Notes under the pieces: generated by a model
Told to the model about the DNA's origin: nothing
What the model saw: only the letters and a program-made list of their open reading frames with translations
Databases searched by the model: none
DNA from: an uncultured Acidobacteriota bacterium
GTDB lineage: Bacteria > Acidobacteriota > Thermoanaerobaculia > UBA5066 > DATFVB01
NCBI GenBank assembly: GCA_963813155.1
Contig: CAWEYG010000001.1
Span: 96,001 to 160,000 of the forward strand
DNA: 64,000 nt
Direction of reading: 5' to 3'
Shown: in pieces, positions 20,026-31,676 of the stretch
Numbering within the stretch: position 1 is the first letter of the stretch
Layout of the letters: every line of letters starts with the position of its first letter
Program-made: the position numbers and the translations under genes

Positions 20026-20951
20026 GCGGGGCGCTCTTCTCCAACGGAGCCCTCCTTCTCCTCGACAAGCCGGAAGGAATCACCTCGCACGACGCCGTCG
20101 AACGGGCGCGGCGCGCGACGGGCGTCAAGAAGATCGGCCACACGGGAACGCTCGACCCGATGGCGACCGGCCTGCTCGTGCTCTGCTGCGGCCGCGCCGC
20201 GCGGCTCCAGGGCTTCTTCACCGGCCTGCCGAAGACCTACGAGGGAACGATCACGCTGGGCCGCGCGACGACGACCTACGACGCGGCGGGCGAGACGACG
20301 GCCGAGCTCGCGTCGCCGCCGGCATTCTCGAAGGAACAGATCGAACGCGCCGCGTCGGAATTCCGCGGGGAGTTCGAACAATCGCCGCCGCCGTACTCGG
20401 CCAAGAAGGTCGGCGGCCGAAAGTTCTACGAGATGGCGCGGAAGGGCGAGGCCGTTCCGTCGGCGCCGAAGCGGGTCGTCGTCACCCGCTTCGACCTCGA
20501 GGACGGCGGCGGCAACGACCGGAAGTTCGTTCTCTCGTGCTCTTCGGGCACCTACGTCCGCTCGATCGCGCACGAGCTCGGGGCCCGGCTCGGCTGCGGG
20601 GGCCACCTGTCGGCGCTTCGCCGGTCGAGGGTCGGGGACTTCGCGATCGAGGACGCCGTCCGGCTCGACGCGTTCGAGGAAATGGACGAGACGGCGCGAA
20701 TCGCGGCGCCCCACGCGATTCCGCTCGCGGGCATCCCGTTCCCGTTCCCCCGGATGACCGTCGCCTCGCTCGAGGCCTGGAAAATCCGGCGCGGACAGTC
20801 GGTCCCCGCCCGTGTCGAGGGACCCGACGGCGGCTGGGTCAGCCTCCTCTCGGCGGACGGCGAACTGCTGGCCCTGGGGCAGATAGCCCCGATCGGGACG
20901 GGTCGGATCGCCATGATCCGGCCCCGGATCGTGCTGGCGGAAGAGGGCTGA
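20022..20951 (+). CDS. truB: tRNA pseudouridine(55) synthase
   Basis: LDKPEGITSHD, KIGHTGTLDPMATG, PPPYSAKK, CSSGTYVRS. Confidence 0.96.
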   Translation: MSGALFSNGALLLLDKPEGITSHDAVERARRATGVKKIGHTGTLDPMATGLLVLCCGRAARLQGFFTGLPKTYEGTITLGRATTTYDAAGETTAELASPPAFSKEQIERAASEFRGEFEQSPPPYSAKKVGGRKFYEMARKGEAVPSAPKRVVVTRFDLEDGGGNDRKFVLSCSSGTYVRSIAHELGARLGCGGHLSALRRSRVGDFAIEDAVRLDAFEEMDETARIAAPHAIPLAGIPFPFPRMTVASLEAWKIRRGQSVPARVEGPDGGWVSLLSADGELLALGQIAPIGTGRIAMIRPRIVLAEEG

Positions 20952-21028
20952 ATCTGATACGCTTTCTGGCTGTTGAAAAGTGAGAGTTTGAGTATAGAGA
21001 GGCTCCTGAAAGAGCCACGGAGGAACCG

Positions 21029-21304
21029 TTGAGCGTCACGGCATATCGGGAAACGAAACCCGAGATCATTCACGATTATCGAACCCACGAACAGGACACC
21101 GGATCGCCCGAAGTTCAGATCGCCCTGCTCTCGAATCGAATCGCCTACCTGACCGACCATTTCAAGTCCCACGCCAAGGATCACCATTCGCGGCGCGGGT
21201 TGCTGATGCTGGTCGGGCGGAGGCGGCGCCTTCTCGAGTACCTGAAGAAGAAGGACGGCGAGCGGTACCACCGTCTGATCGATCGTCTCGGTCTCCGAAA
21301 GTAA
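21029..21304 (+). CDS. rpsO: 30S ribosomal protein S15
   Basis: [30 protein letters not shown] start with GGAGG SD. Confidence 0.97.
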   Translation: MSVTAYRETKPEIIHDYRTHEQDTGSPEVQIALLSNRIAYLTDHFKSHAKDHHSRRGLLMLVGRRRRLLEYLKKKDGERYHRLIDRLGLRK

Positions 21305-21384
21305 GAACGTTCCGGCCAGCACTCCCCGCGCCGTTTCGGCGGAGGGCGCACGTGTCTGCCGACAGAGAGATGAAGGAATGAACA

Positions 21385-23574
<2,190 letters not shown>

Positions 23575-23602
23575 TCGAACCACCGCGTCTTCTTCAATTT
23601 AC

Positions 23603-23632
23603 ACGCCGGGCGAGAGCCCGGCGTTTTTCTTT
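23603..23632 (+). terminator. Rho-independent terminator after pnp
   Basis: ACGCCGGGC-GAGA-GCCCGGCGT followed by TTTTCTTT. Confidence 0.88.
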
Positions 23633-23645
23633 GGATGCCGCGACT

Positions 23646-23661
23646 TGGCACGCGCCGTGCT
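23646..23661 (+). promoter_or_regulatory. Putative sigma-54 promoter
   Basis: TGGCACGCGCCGTGCT: exact TGGCACG -24 box and GG-N10-GC spacing, just after the pnp terminator. Confidence 0.7.
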
Positions 23662-23697
23662 CATCCCATGGATTGGATTCGAAAGAAGGAGATCTCC

Positions 23698-24075
23698 ATG
23701 AAACTCATCCCGACTTCGCTCGTCGGCTCGCTCGCGATCTTCGCATGCGCCTGCGCCTCCAGCGGCCCTCCGGTCAGCAATACCGAGATTGCGCAGGCGG
23801 AAACGGACATCCGGTCCGCCGAAAACGCGACCGCCACCCAGCACGCGAGAGACCTTCTGGACCGCGCCCGCGGCGATCTCGCGGCCGCGCAGCGCGAATG
23901 GCAGGATCGCCACTGGAACGAGGCCCGGCTGCGCATCGCCGAGGCCCGAGCCGCGGCGGGCGCCGCGGAATCCAAAGCGCGCGCGACTGCCCTTGAACAA
24001 CAGGCCAACGACGTCCGCCGCGAATGCGACGACATCGAGCGGCGCACCCGCGAGCTGGCGCAACAGCCCCGGTAA
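23698..24075 (+). CDS. DUF4398-like lipoprotein
   Basis: Signal peptide with lipobox-like ACACA; helical IAQAE..I..AE.A.A pattern; AAGGAG RBS; paired with an OmpA gene. Confidence 0.75.
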   Translation: MKLIPTSLVGSLAIFACACASSGPPVSNTEIAQAETDIRSAENATATQHARDLLDRARGDLAAAQREWQDRHWNEARLRIAEARAAAGAAESKARATALEQQANDVRRECDDIERRTRELAQQPR

Positions 24076-24099
24076 AAGACGAAAGCAAAAGAGGAAATC

Positions 24100-25260
24100 A
24101 TGACGATCAAGAACATCGGTCTCGCAGGGCTCTTCGCCGCGACGCTCTTCTATGCGGCCGGCTGCGCGAGCACCCGGGGGGAATCGCCGGTTCTCCGCGA
24201 CGCGAGGTTGGCGCTTCAGGACGCGCGCGACGCGGGCGCAGCCCAGGCCTCCCCCGACCTGTTCAATCGGGCGTCGAGCGATCTCGCCTCCGCCCAGAGG
24301 GAATGGAACTCGGGCCACGAAGATCTGGCGATGCACTACGCTCAGCTTGCCGACAGCGAAGCGCGCAACGCCGAATTCCGAGCGAAGGGACTTCGCGCGC
24401 AGGCGGCCCTGGACGAACAGAGGAGCCGCCGCGCCCAGCTCGAGGCGTCCCTGCACGAGACCGAACAGCGCCTGATCGCGCAGCGCGCGCGGTCCGAAGA
24501 GGAGCGTCACCGGCTGGAAGCCGAGCTGCAGGCGCGCGAAGACCAGGCGCGACTGCAATCGGAGGCGCAGGCCCGCGAGGCAGCCCAGAGGGCGGCCGAA
24601 GAGCGCCAGAAGGTCCTTCAGGCCCAGCTCGAAGCCGAACGGGCCCGGTCGGCGGAGCAGCAGCGACAGGCCGAGATTGACTCGCTGAAGGCGCAGCTCG
24701 ACGAGCAGACGCAGGCCGCGGAAGCGGCGCGAAAAGCGGCCGCGGACCAGAATGCGAGACTCGAAGACGCCCGGCGGCAGGAGGAAGAACGGCGAAAGAC
24801 GGCCGAAGAAGCGACCCGGAGACAGGCCTCGACCCAGAAAGGCCTTCTTGCCCGGCTTCAGGAGCTCGAGAAATCCACCCGCGTTGAGGCGCGAGGAATC
24901 GTCGTCACGCTCCCGGGCAGCATCTACTTCGCGACGAATCGAGCCGACTTGCAGCCGGCCGTCCGGGAGCGGCTGGCCGACATTGGAAGGGCGCTTGCGG
25001 CCGCGTCCGACCGTCACATCCTGATCGAAGGACACACCGACTCGACCGGCCGTGCCGCCTACAACCTCCAGCTCTCCGCGCTGCGCGCCGAATCCGTCAA
25101 GGCGGTCCTCGTCGGCAACGGGGTAACTCCCGAGCGCATCGAAACCCACGGGTACGGTTCGACGAAGCCCGTGACGGACAACGCGACGGCCTCCGGCCGG
25201 AGCCAGAACCGGCGCGTCGAAATCGTCGTCCAGGGGGAATCGGCAGCCGCGCGTCCGTAA
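24100..25260 (+). CDS. OmpA-family lipoprotein (DUF4398-like, coiled coil, peptidoglycan-binding domain)
   Basis: Lipobox AAGC, long Q/E/R/A coiled coil, IEGHTDSTG...YNLQLSALRAESV...NRRVEI. Confidence 0.92.
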   Translation: MTIKNIGLAGLFAATLFYAAGCASTRGESPVLRDARLALQDARDAGAAQASPDLFNRASSDLASAQREWNSGHEDLAMHYAQLADSEARNAEFRAKGLRAQAALDEQRSRRAQLEASLHETEQRLIAQRARSEEERHRLEAELQAREDQARLQSEAQAREAAQRAAEERQKVLQAQLEAERARSAEQQRQAEIDSLKAQLDEQTQAAEAARKAAADQNARLEDARRQEEERRKTAEEATRRQASTQKGLLARLQELEKSTRVEARGIVVTLPGSIYFATNRADLQPAVRERLADIGRALAAASDRHILIEGHTDSTGRAAYNLQLSALRAESVKAVLVGNGVTPERIETHGYGSTKPVTDNATASGRSQNRRVEIVVQGESAAARP

Positions 25261-25290
25261 ACGGCCCTCGTTCTCCCGCGCGCCCGAGAA

Positions 25291-26322
25291 ATGCGACAAT
25301 CGAGCGTGTTCTCAGCCCCGCTCGCCGAGACGGCCCGCTCGAACCTGAAATCCGTGATTCGGGACGCCGTACGGCATCCCCCCGATTGCCCGGCGCTCCT
25401 CGTCTTCGATCGCGATTCGCCGCTGGCAAGGCTCCTGGCGACGGCCTACGAGACCGCCCTGCCGGAAGCGCGGGCCATCGAGTTCTCCGAAACGAAGAGC
25501 GACGAGGTTCTCGGAGCGGCGGCCGCGCTCTCCCCCGGCGACCTCGTCGTTCTCGTGGAGTCTTCCCGATTCCCGCTCGCCGCCCACCGCTTTCGGGTGG
25601 AACTGTTCGAGAAGGGCCTGAAAGTCATCGAGCATCCGCACCTGGGCCGAATCCAGGACTCCGAGCTCGCCGCTTACGTCGATTCGCTGGCCTACGACGC
25701 GACATACTATCGGGCTGTCGGGCCCGAATTGAAAAGGCGCATCGACCGCGCGACGGGCGCGAAGCTCGTGGGGGCCTCGGGTCCGCTCGTCTACGACGGC
25801 CCGCTGGAAGCCGCGAAGCTCAACATCGGCGACTACACCGGCCAGGTCAATATCGGCGGCCAGTTCCCGATCGGAGAGGTTTTCACGGAGTCCCGGGACC
25901 TCGCGAGCGTCTCCGGAACGGTCGAGCTCTTCGCGTTCGGCGCGGCCGACTTCTCGGTTGTCGCGCCCGAATCGCCCATCCGGCTGCGGATCGAGGCCGG
26001 AAGAATCGCGGCCGCGGAAAGTGCTCCTCGGGATTTCGATTCGATTCTAGCCGAGATCCGTGACAGTGAAGGCGAGGTCTGGCTGCGCGAGCTCGGCTTC
26101 GGGATGAACCGGGCGTTCACGCGGGAGCGGCGCGTCTCGGACGTCGGCTCGTACGAGAGGATGTGCGGCATCCACCTCTCGCTCGGGGCCAAGCATGCGA
26201 TCTACGCGAAACCCGGCTTCTCGAAACGTCGCGTGAAGTACCACGTCGACGTCTTCGCGGCCGTGGAGCGCGCGGAGATCGATGGCGAGACTGTATACGC
26301 GGACGGGAAGTACGTGGTCTGA
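25291..26322 (+). CDS. Putative M29-like (leucyl) aminopeptidase
   Basis: FPIGEVFTE, LRELGFGMN, ERMCGIHLSLG, YHVD motifs resemble the metal-ligand pattern of M29 peptidases. Confidence 0.55.
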   Translation: MRQSSVFSAPLAETARSNLKSVIRDAVRHPPDCPALLVFDRDSPLARLLATAYETALPEARAIEFSETKSDEVLGAAAALSPGDLVVLVESSRFPLAAHRFRVELFEKGLKVIEHPHLGRIQDSELAAYVDSLAYDATYYRAVGPELKRRIDRATGAKLVGASGPLVYDGPLEAAKLNIGDYTGQVNIGGQFPIGEVFTESRDLASVSGTVELFAFGAADFSVVAPESPIRLRIEAGRIAAAESAPRDFDSILAEIRDSEGEVWLRELGFGMNRAFTRERRVSDVGSYERMCGIHLSLGAKHAIYAKPGFSKRRVKYHVDVFAAVERAEIDGETVYADGKYVV

Positions 26323-26335
26323 AGCTCTCGCTCGG

Positions 26336-26467
26336 TCCGCGAGAGCGCGGGTGGCCCGGGGCGAGACTCCCTTTTGCCGCTCGCGACGCGGGTATAGCAA
26401 AGTCTTCAGGCTCGCGGCGAGCGGAAAAGAGGAGCGAGTCCCGCGACAGGACCCGCGCTCGAGCGGA
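26336..26467 (+). repeat. Structured intergenic repeat, copy 1 of 3
   Basis: GGGTGGCCCGGG...CCCTTTTGCCGCTCGC...TAGCAAAGTC...GCGAGCGGAAAAG...GAGTCCCG.GACAGGACCCG; matches 27746-27864 and 46761-46884. Confidence 0.92.
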
Positions 26468-26482
26468 TATGATTTCGGTCGT

Positions 26483-27193
26483 ATGCGCCTCTTCGTCGGC
26501 ACGAGCGGGTACAGTTACAAACCGTGGAAGGGCAAGTTCTACCCGGAAGACCTTCCGGCCAGCGAGTGGCTCTCCTATTACGCCGCGCGTTTCTCGACGG
26601 TCGAGATCAACAACACGTTCTATCGCGTTCCCAAACCCGAGGTCTTCGAGGGATGGGCCAAGCAGGTGCCCGAGGATTTCCGATTCGCGGTGAAGGCGAC
26701 TCGCCGGATCACCCACATCAAGCGGCTCAAGAACGTGGAGGAAGAGACCGCCTTCTTCCTTCGCGCCGCCGCCTCGCTCGGCGACCGGCTCGGCATCGTC
26801 CTGTTTCAGCTTCCCCCGAACCTGAAGAAGGACATGGACCGTCTTCGCGCCTTCCTCGCGCTGCTGCCTCCCACGGGCCGGTTCGCGCTCGAATTCCGGG
26901 AGCCATCCTGGTTCGACGAGGAGGTCTATTCGGAGCTTCGCGATCGCCGGTGCGCGCTCTGCGCGGCGGACACCGACGAGCTTCCGCTCGAAGAAATCGT
27001 CTCGACCGCGCCGTTCGGATACCTGCGCCTTCGCCGCGCCGAATACGGCGACGCCGATTTGAAGAAGTGGGCCGACCGGATCCGCGCCCAGAACTGGGAC
27101 CCGGCGTGGCTCTTCTTCAAGCACGAGGACGAGGGCCTGGGACCGAAATTCGCGCTGCGCCTGCTGGAGCTGTCCGGGGCGAAACCCGCCTGA
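26483..27193 (+). CDS. DUF72 family protein
   Basis: [52 protein letters not shown]. Confidence 0.92.
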   Translation: MRLFVGTSGYSYKPWKGKFYPEDLPASEWLSYYAARFSTVEINNTFYRVPKPEVFEGWAKQVPEDFRFAVKATRRITHIKRLKNVEEETAFFLRAAASLGDRLGIVLFQLPPNLKKDMDRLRAFLALLPPTGRFALEFREPSWFDEEVYSELRDRRCALCAADTDELPLEEIVSTAPFGYLRLRRAEYGDADLKKWADRIRAQNWDPAWLFFKHEDEGLGPKFALRLLELSGAKPA

Positions 27194-27260
27194 CGCGCGC
27201 GGCATCGAATCCCGCGTCGCGGTGTGGCATCATCGCGGAGGATTCGGAGGAGGACGAGCC

Positions 27261-27731
27261 ATGGAAAAAGCGACTTTTGCGGCCGGGTGCTTCTGGGGCG
27301 TCGAAGCCGCGTTTCGGCAGGTCGAAGGCGTCGCGGCGACGGCGGTCGGATATTCGGGCGGCCACGTTCCGAACGCGACGTACAAACAGGTGTGTTCCGG
27401 AGACACCGGCCACGCCGAGGTCGTGCAGGTCGAATTCGACCCGGCGAAGGTCTCCTACGACCAGCTCCTGAACGTCTTCTGGGAGAACCACGATCCCACG
27501 ACGCTGAACCGCCAGGGACCGGACGTCGGCGAGCAATACCGTTCTGCAATCTTCTTCCACACTCCGGAGCAGCAGGCGGCCGCGATCGCGTCGAAAGAGA
27601 AGCTGCAGGCGAGCGGGAAGCTCAAACGCCCGATCGTCACGGAGATCACGCCGGCGTCGGACTTCTTCAAGGCCGAGGACTACCACCAGCAATACCTGGA
27701 GAAGCGCGGCCTCGCGCACTGCAGGATCTAG
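27261..27731 (+). CDS. msrA: Peptide-methionine (S)-S-oxide reductase
   Basis: [30 protein letters not shown]; GGAGGAGG RBS. Confidence 0.96.
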   Translation: MEKATFAAGCFWGVEAAFRQVEGVAATAVGYSGGHVPNATYKQVCSGDTGHAEVVQVEFDPAKVSYDQLLNVFWENHDPTTLNRQGPDVGEQYRSAIFFHTPEQQAAAIASKEKLQASGKLKRPIVTEITPASDFFKAEDYHQQYLEKRGLAHCRI

Positions 27732-27745
27732 GGCTGACCCGGCGA

Positions 27746-27864
27746 AGCGGGCGGGTGGCCCGGGAGGAGACCCCTTTTGCCGCTCGCGGCGCGGAGTCGT
27801 AGCAAAGTCCTCAATCGCAGCGAGCGGAAAAGTGGGTCGAGTCCCGTGACAGGACCCGCCCGCT
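27746..27864 (+). repeat. Structured intergenic repeat, copy 2 of 3
   Basis: Same core as copy 1; lies between convergent msrA and cysK. Confidence 0.92.
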
Positions 27865-27873
27865 CGACCTCGA

Positions 27874-28824
27874 CTACCCCAGCGCTTCGTTCTCTTCCTT
27901 GAAAAGGTCCGTCGAGATGTAGCGCTCCGAGGTCGACGCGAGGATGCAGACGATCAGCTTGCCCTTGTTTTCCGGCTTCTTCGCGAGCTCGACCGCCGCG
28001 TGCGCCGCCGCGCCGGAGGAGATTCCTCCGAGGATTCCCTCCTCGCGCGCGAGGCGCCTCGCCATCACCATCGCCTGGTCGGAGGACACCGCGAAAGTCC
28101 CATCGACGTATTTCATGTCGAGGTTCTTCGGAATCATGCCCGTCCCGATGCCCTGAATCTTGTGTTTGGTGTGCGTTCCGCCCGCGATGACGGGAGATTC
28201 GGCGGGCTCCACGGCGATCATTTTCACCGTCGGGCGCCATTCCTTCCAGACGCGGCCAACGCCGGTGAACGTCCCGCCCGTGCCCACGCCGGCCACGAAG
28301 ATGTCCATCTGGCCGTCCGTATCGTTCCAGAGCTCCATCGCGGTCGTCCGCTCGTGAATCTCCGGATTGGCCGGGTTCTCGAACTGCTGGGGAATGACGC
28401 CGCCGCGCTCCTTCGCGATCTCTTCCGCCTTCGCGATCGCGGCCTTGATGCCCTCGGCGCCCGGAGTCAGGACGACCTCCGCCCCGAGGAATTTCAGGAC
28501 CTTGATTCGCTCTTTCGACATCGTGTCCGGCATGATCAGAACGCAGCTGTACCCGCGCTGCGCCGCGACCATCGCGAGCGAGATTCCCGTGTTCCCGCTC
28601 GTCGGCTCGACGATCGTGCTCCTGGAGGCGTTGCGGGGATCGAGTTTCCCCTGCCGCTCGAGAGCGCGGACCATCGCGACCCCGATCCGGTCCTTCACCG
28701 AGTTGGCCGGGTTGAAGAACTCGAGCTTCGCGGCCACTGTCGCTTCCGCGCCCGCGGTAACCCGGTTGAGCCGGACGAGCGGGGTGTTCCCGATCAACTT
28801 CGTGATGTCGCTGGCGATTCTCAT
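27874..28824 (-). CDS. cysK: Cysteine synthase A
   Basis: [18 protein letters not shown] (PLP Lys), [28 protein letters not shown]. Confidence 0.96.
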   Translation of the reverse strand: MRIASDITKLIGNTPLVRLNRVTAGAEATVAAKLEFFNPANSVKDRIGVAMVRALERQGKLDPRNASRSTIVEPTSGNTGISLAMVAAQRGYSCVLIMPDTMSKERIKVLKFLGAEVVLTPGAEGIKAAIAKAEEIAKERGGVIPQQFENPANPEIHERTTAMELWNDTDGQMDIFVAGVGTGGTFTGVGRVWKEWRPTVKMIAVEPAESPVIAGGTHTKHKIQGIGTGMIPKNLDMKYVDGTFAVSSDQAMVMARRLAREEGILGGISSGAAAHAAVELAKKPENKGKLIVCILASTSERYISTDLFKEENEALG

Positions 28825-28845
28825 TCTGCTTCTCCCATGAAACCG

Positions 28846-28873
28846 AGCATAAGGGACGCTCGACGATTGTCAA
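28846..28873 (-). promoter_or_regulatory. Sigma-70 promoter for cysK
   Basis: Minus strand TTGACA-N16-TATGCT. Confidence 0.6.
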
Positions 28874-28896
28874 GCCGCGTATACTCGGCCCCGAAG

Positions 28897-30552
28897 ATGG
28901 CGAGAAAACTCGATCGGCGATCGCTTCTTCGGTATGGCGCTCTGGGAGGCGCGCTCGCCGCCGTGGCTCCGGCGCTGTCGCGCGCCGAACGCCCGGGAAC
29001 GGCCGCGGAGAGTCCGGCTCCCCCGTTCGAGCTCGAAGAGGCGACGATCGACGAGCTTCAGAGACGGATGCAGGCCGGCCAGTCCTCGGCTCGATCGATC
29101 GCCCAGGATTACCTGACGCGCATCGATTCCCTCGACCGGCGGGGCCCTTCCCTTCGCTCCGTTCTGGAGATGAACCCGGAAGCCGTCTCGATCGCCGAAT
29201 CTCTCGACGCGGAGCGAAAGGCGGGGAACGTTCGCGGCCCCCTGCACGGAATCCCGATTCTCCTGAAAGACAACGTCGCGACGGCCGATCAGATGTCGAG
29301 CGCGGCCGGTTCGCTCGCGCTCGACGGCGTTCGCGCCCCGCGCGACTCCTTCGTCGCGAGACGCCTCCGCGAGGCCGGCGCCGTCCTCCTGGGAAAGACG
29401 AACCTGTCGGAATGGGCGAACTTCCGTTCGACGCACTCCTCGAGCGGTTGGAGCGGCCGGGGAGGCCAGTGCCTCAACCCGTACGCGCTCGACCGGACGC
29501 CCTCGGGCTCCAGCTCCGGTTCGGGAGCGGCCATCGCGGCGAACCTCGCGGCCGCCGCGGTCGGCACCGAAACGGACGGCTCGATCGTTTCTCCCTCGAA
29601 CAACAACGCTCTCGTCGGCGTGAAACCGACGGTCGGTCTTCTCTCCCGAGCGGGGATCGTCCCGATCTCCCACAGCCAGGACACTCCGGGGCCCATGTGC
29701 CGAACCGTCCGGGATGCCGCAATTCTCCTGACGGCCCTTGCCGGCATCGATCCCGACGATTCCGCCACGGCTCAAAGCGCCGGAAAATCCATTCCGGACT
29801 ATGCGGCCGGCCTCGACGAGAACGGGCTGAAGGGCGCGCGAATCGGGATCGCCCGGAAATCGCTGTACGGCTACAGCCCCGCGGCGGACCGGCTCGCGGA
29901 AGCGGCGATCGACGTCCTCAAGGGCCTCGGCGCAGTCGTCGTGGACCCCGCGGACATCGAGACGGTCGACGACTTCGGGAAGAGCGAGTTCGAGGTCCTC
30001 CTCTACGAGTTCAAGGCGGACCTGAACGCCTACCTCGCCGCCCTCGGATCCGGCGCGCCGGTCCATTCGTTGAAGGAGGTCATCGCGTTCAACGAGAAGA
30101 ATCGGGCCCGGGAGATGCCGTTCTTCGGCCAGGAAATCTTCGAGAAGGCGGAGGCGAAAGGGCCCCTGACCGACAAGGCCTATCGAAAGGCGCTCGAAAG
30201 CGACACGAAGGGCGCGCGGCAGAAAGGCATCGACGCGGTGATGGACAAGCATCGCCTCGACGCGCTCGTCGCGCCCACGGGCGCCCCCGCTTCCCTCATC
30301 GACCTCGTGAACGGAGACTACGGCTCCGGGGGGAGCTCGACGGTCCCGGCCGTCGCGGGGTACCCGCACGTGACCGTTCCGATGGGCTTCGCGTACGGCC
30401 TGCCGGTCGGGCTCTCGTTCTTCGGAAGAGCGTGGAGCGAAGCGAAGCTCCTGAAATTCGCCTACGCCTTCGAGCAGGCCACGAAACACCGGAAGCCTCC
30501 GAAGTTCTTGACGACAGCGGACCTGACACTGGTCTCGAAAGGAGTCTCATGA
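28897..30552 (+). CDS. Amidase-signature family enzyme, Tat-exported
   Basis: DRRSLL twin-arginine signal; GPLHGIPILLKDN, GKTNLSEWANFRS, GSSSGSG, GTETDGSIVSP. Confidence 0.93.
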   Translation: MARKLDRRSLLRYGALGGALAAVAPALSRAERPGTAAESPAPPFELEEATIDELQRRMQAGQSSARSIAQDYLTRIDSLDRRGPSLRSVLEMNPEAVSIAESLDAERKAGNVRGPLHGIPILLKDNVATADQMSSAAGSLALDGVRAPRDSFVARRLREAGAVLLGKTNLSEWANFRSTHSSSGWSGRGGQCLNPYALDRTPSGSSSGSGAAIAANLAAAAVGTETDGSIVSPSNNNALVGVKPTVGLLSRAGIVPISHSQDTPGPMCRTVRDAAILLTALAGIDPDDSATAQSAGKSIPDYAAGLDENGLKGARIGIARKSLYGYSPAADRLAEAAIDVLKGLGAVVVDPADIETVDDFGKSEFEVLLYEFKADLNAYLAALGSGAPVHSLKEVIAFNEKNRAREMPFFGQEIFEKAEAKGPLTDKAYRKALESDTKGARQKGIDAVMDKHRLDALVAPTGAPASLIDLVNGDYGSGGSSTVPAVAGYPHVTVPMGFAYGLPVGLSFFGRAWSEAKLLKFAYAFEQATKHRKPPKFLTTADLTLVSKGVS

Positions 30553-31034
30553 ACACCCGCGAGTACTACGCCCAATGCTTCAAGGCGGAGAAGCCGAAAT
30601 TCCTCCGCGTTCTCCAGGCCATTCCGCCGGACAAAGCCTCCTACCGCCCCCATCCGAAGAACAACGGCGCCGGCGACATCGCGTGGCTGCTCGCGAGCGA
30701 GCTCGCGGACGCCTGCGAGGTCGTCGACCATGGCCAGGTCGACTTCGTCCTGAAGCCGACTCCCGCGACGGTCGCCGAATCGGTCGCGGCCTTCGAGAAA
30801 AACGCGAACGAGCTCGAACGCCGCCTCCCGAAACTCGACGACGCCGCCTGGGAAAAGAAGGCGAAATTCCTCGTGGACGGAAACGTCGCGTGGGAAACGA
30901 CGCTCGGAGACATGCTGTTCGGATTTCTCTTCGACGCGATCCACCACCGCGGCCAGCTCTCGGCGTACCTGAGGCCGATGGGCGCGAAGGTGCCCTCGAT
31001 CTACGGGCCGTCCGCCGACGACCCGGGGGCGTGA
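30549..31034 (+). CDS. DinB family protein
   Basis: YRPHPK, IHHRGQLSAYLRPMGAKVPSIYGPSAD; ATGA overlap with the amidase. Confidence 0.9.
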   Translation: MNTREYYAQCFKAEKPKFLRVLQAIPPDKASYRPHPKNNGAGDIAWLLASELADACEVVDHGQVDFVLKPTPATVAESVAAFEKNANELERRLPKLDDAAWEKKAKFLVDGNVAWETTLGDMLFGFLFDAIHHRGQLSAYLRPMGAKVPSIYGPSADDPGA

Positions 31035-31041
31035 TCGCGCC

Positions 31042-31479
31042 CTAGTTGTTCGAGATATTCGACTTCGACTTGACGATCGCCACGCTGACCGGCTGCGCGC
31101 CGTCGGAGTCGAATGAGATGTTCTCCGACGTCCGGCCGCTCCACTCCCGCGTGATCCGTCCTCCTGCCGTGCCGGTCACGGTGACGGTACACGCCTCGCC
31201 GGCTTTGGCGTCGCGAGGCGTGAGCGTAATCGTGTACGAGCCCTTTTCGATTTTGCCGAAATCGGCCTTTCCCTTGTCGTCGGTGGTGCGCGTGTCGGCA
31301 GTCGTGCGCGCGGCGGCCCCTCCGCCGGAGCCTTTTCCGAGCTTCACGTCCACTCCCTTGAGCGGCGCGCCGGCAAAGGCAACGGAAGCAGCCAGTGCCG
31401 TGACGCCGACGGCGAACCTCGCCAGATTTCCGAACGAATTCTTCCCCGGGAGACTCGTCATCCTCATCGCGTTCCTCAT
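31042..31479 (-). CDS. Small secreted hypothetical protein (prealbumin/carboxypeptidase-regulatory-like fold)
   Basis: AGAGGAG RBS, signal peptide ending VAFA, PLKGVDVKLGK, TTDDKGKADF..I..GSYTITL pattern. Confidence 0.75.
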   Translation of the reverse strand: MRNAMRMTSLPGKNSFGNLARFAVGVTALAASVAFAGAPLKGVDVKLGKGSGGGAAARTTADTRTTDDKGKADFGKIEKGSYTITLTPRDAKAGEACTVTVTGTAGGRITREWSGRTSENISFDSDGAQPVSVAIVKSKSNISNN

Positions 31480-31640
31480 GTCACTCCTCTCTGGAATCGC
31501 ATGAACAATAACTCCCGCTAGCGCGCGGATCAACAACGCGCGGGAGAAACCGCGACGTCTACGAGCTGTGGCCGTCAGCATTTGCGGCGAGTCGCTCAAC
31601 TCTGGATTTTACCCGAGCGGTCTCGCGTCGCGCCCCGATC

Positions 31641-31656
31641 TGGCCGAGCTTTTGCT
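31641..31656 (+). promoter_or_regulatory. Putative sigma-54 promoter for cgs
   Basis: TGGCCGAGCTTTTGCT (GG-N10-GC, TTGC), about 20 nt before the ATG at 31677. Confidence 0.65.
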
Positions 31657-31676
31657 GTAAGGTGAACAGGGAAAAC

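Noticed and set aside
26336-27864. Repeat copies 1 and 2 as ends of a composite transposon carrying DUF72-msrA
   Set aside because: The copies are diverged, no transposase or target duplication is visible, and a third copy stands alone 19 kb away.
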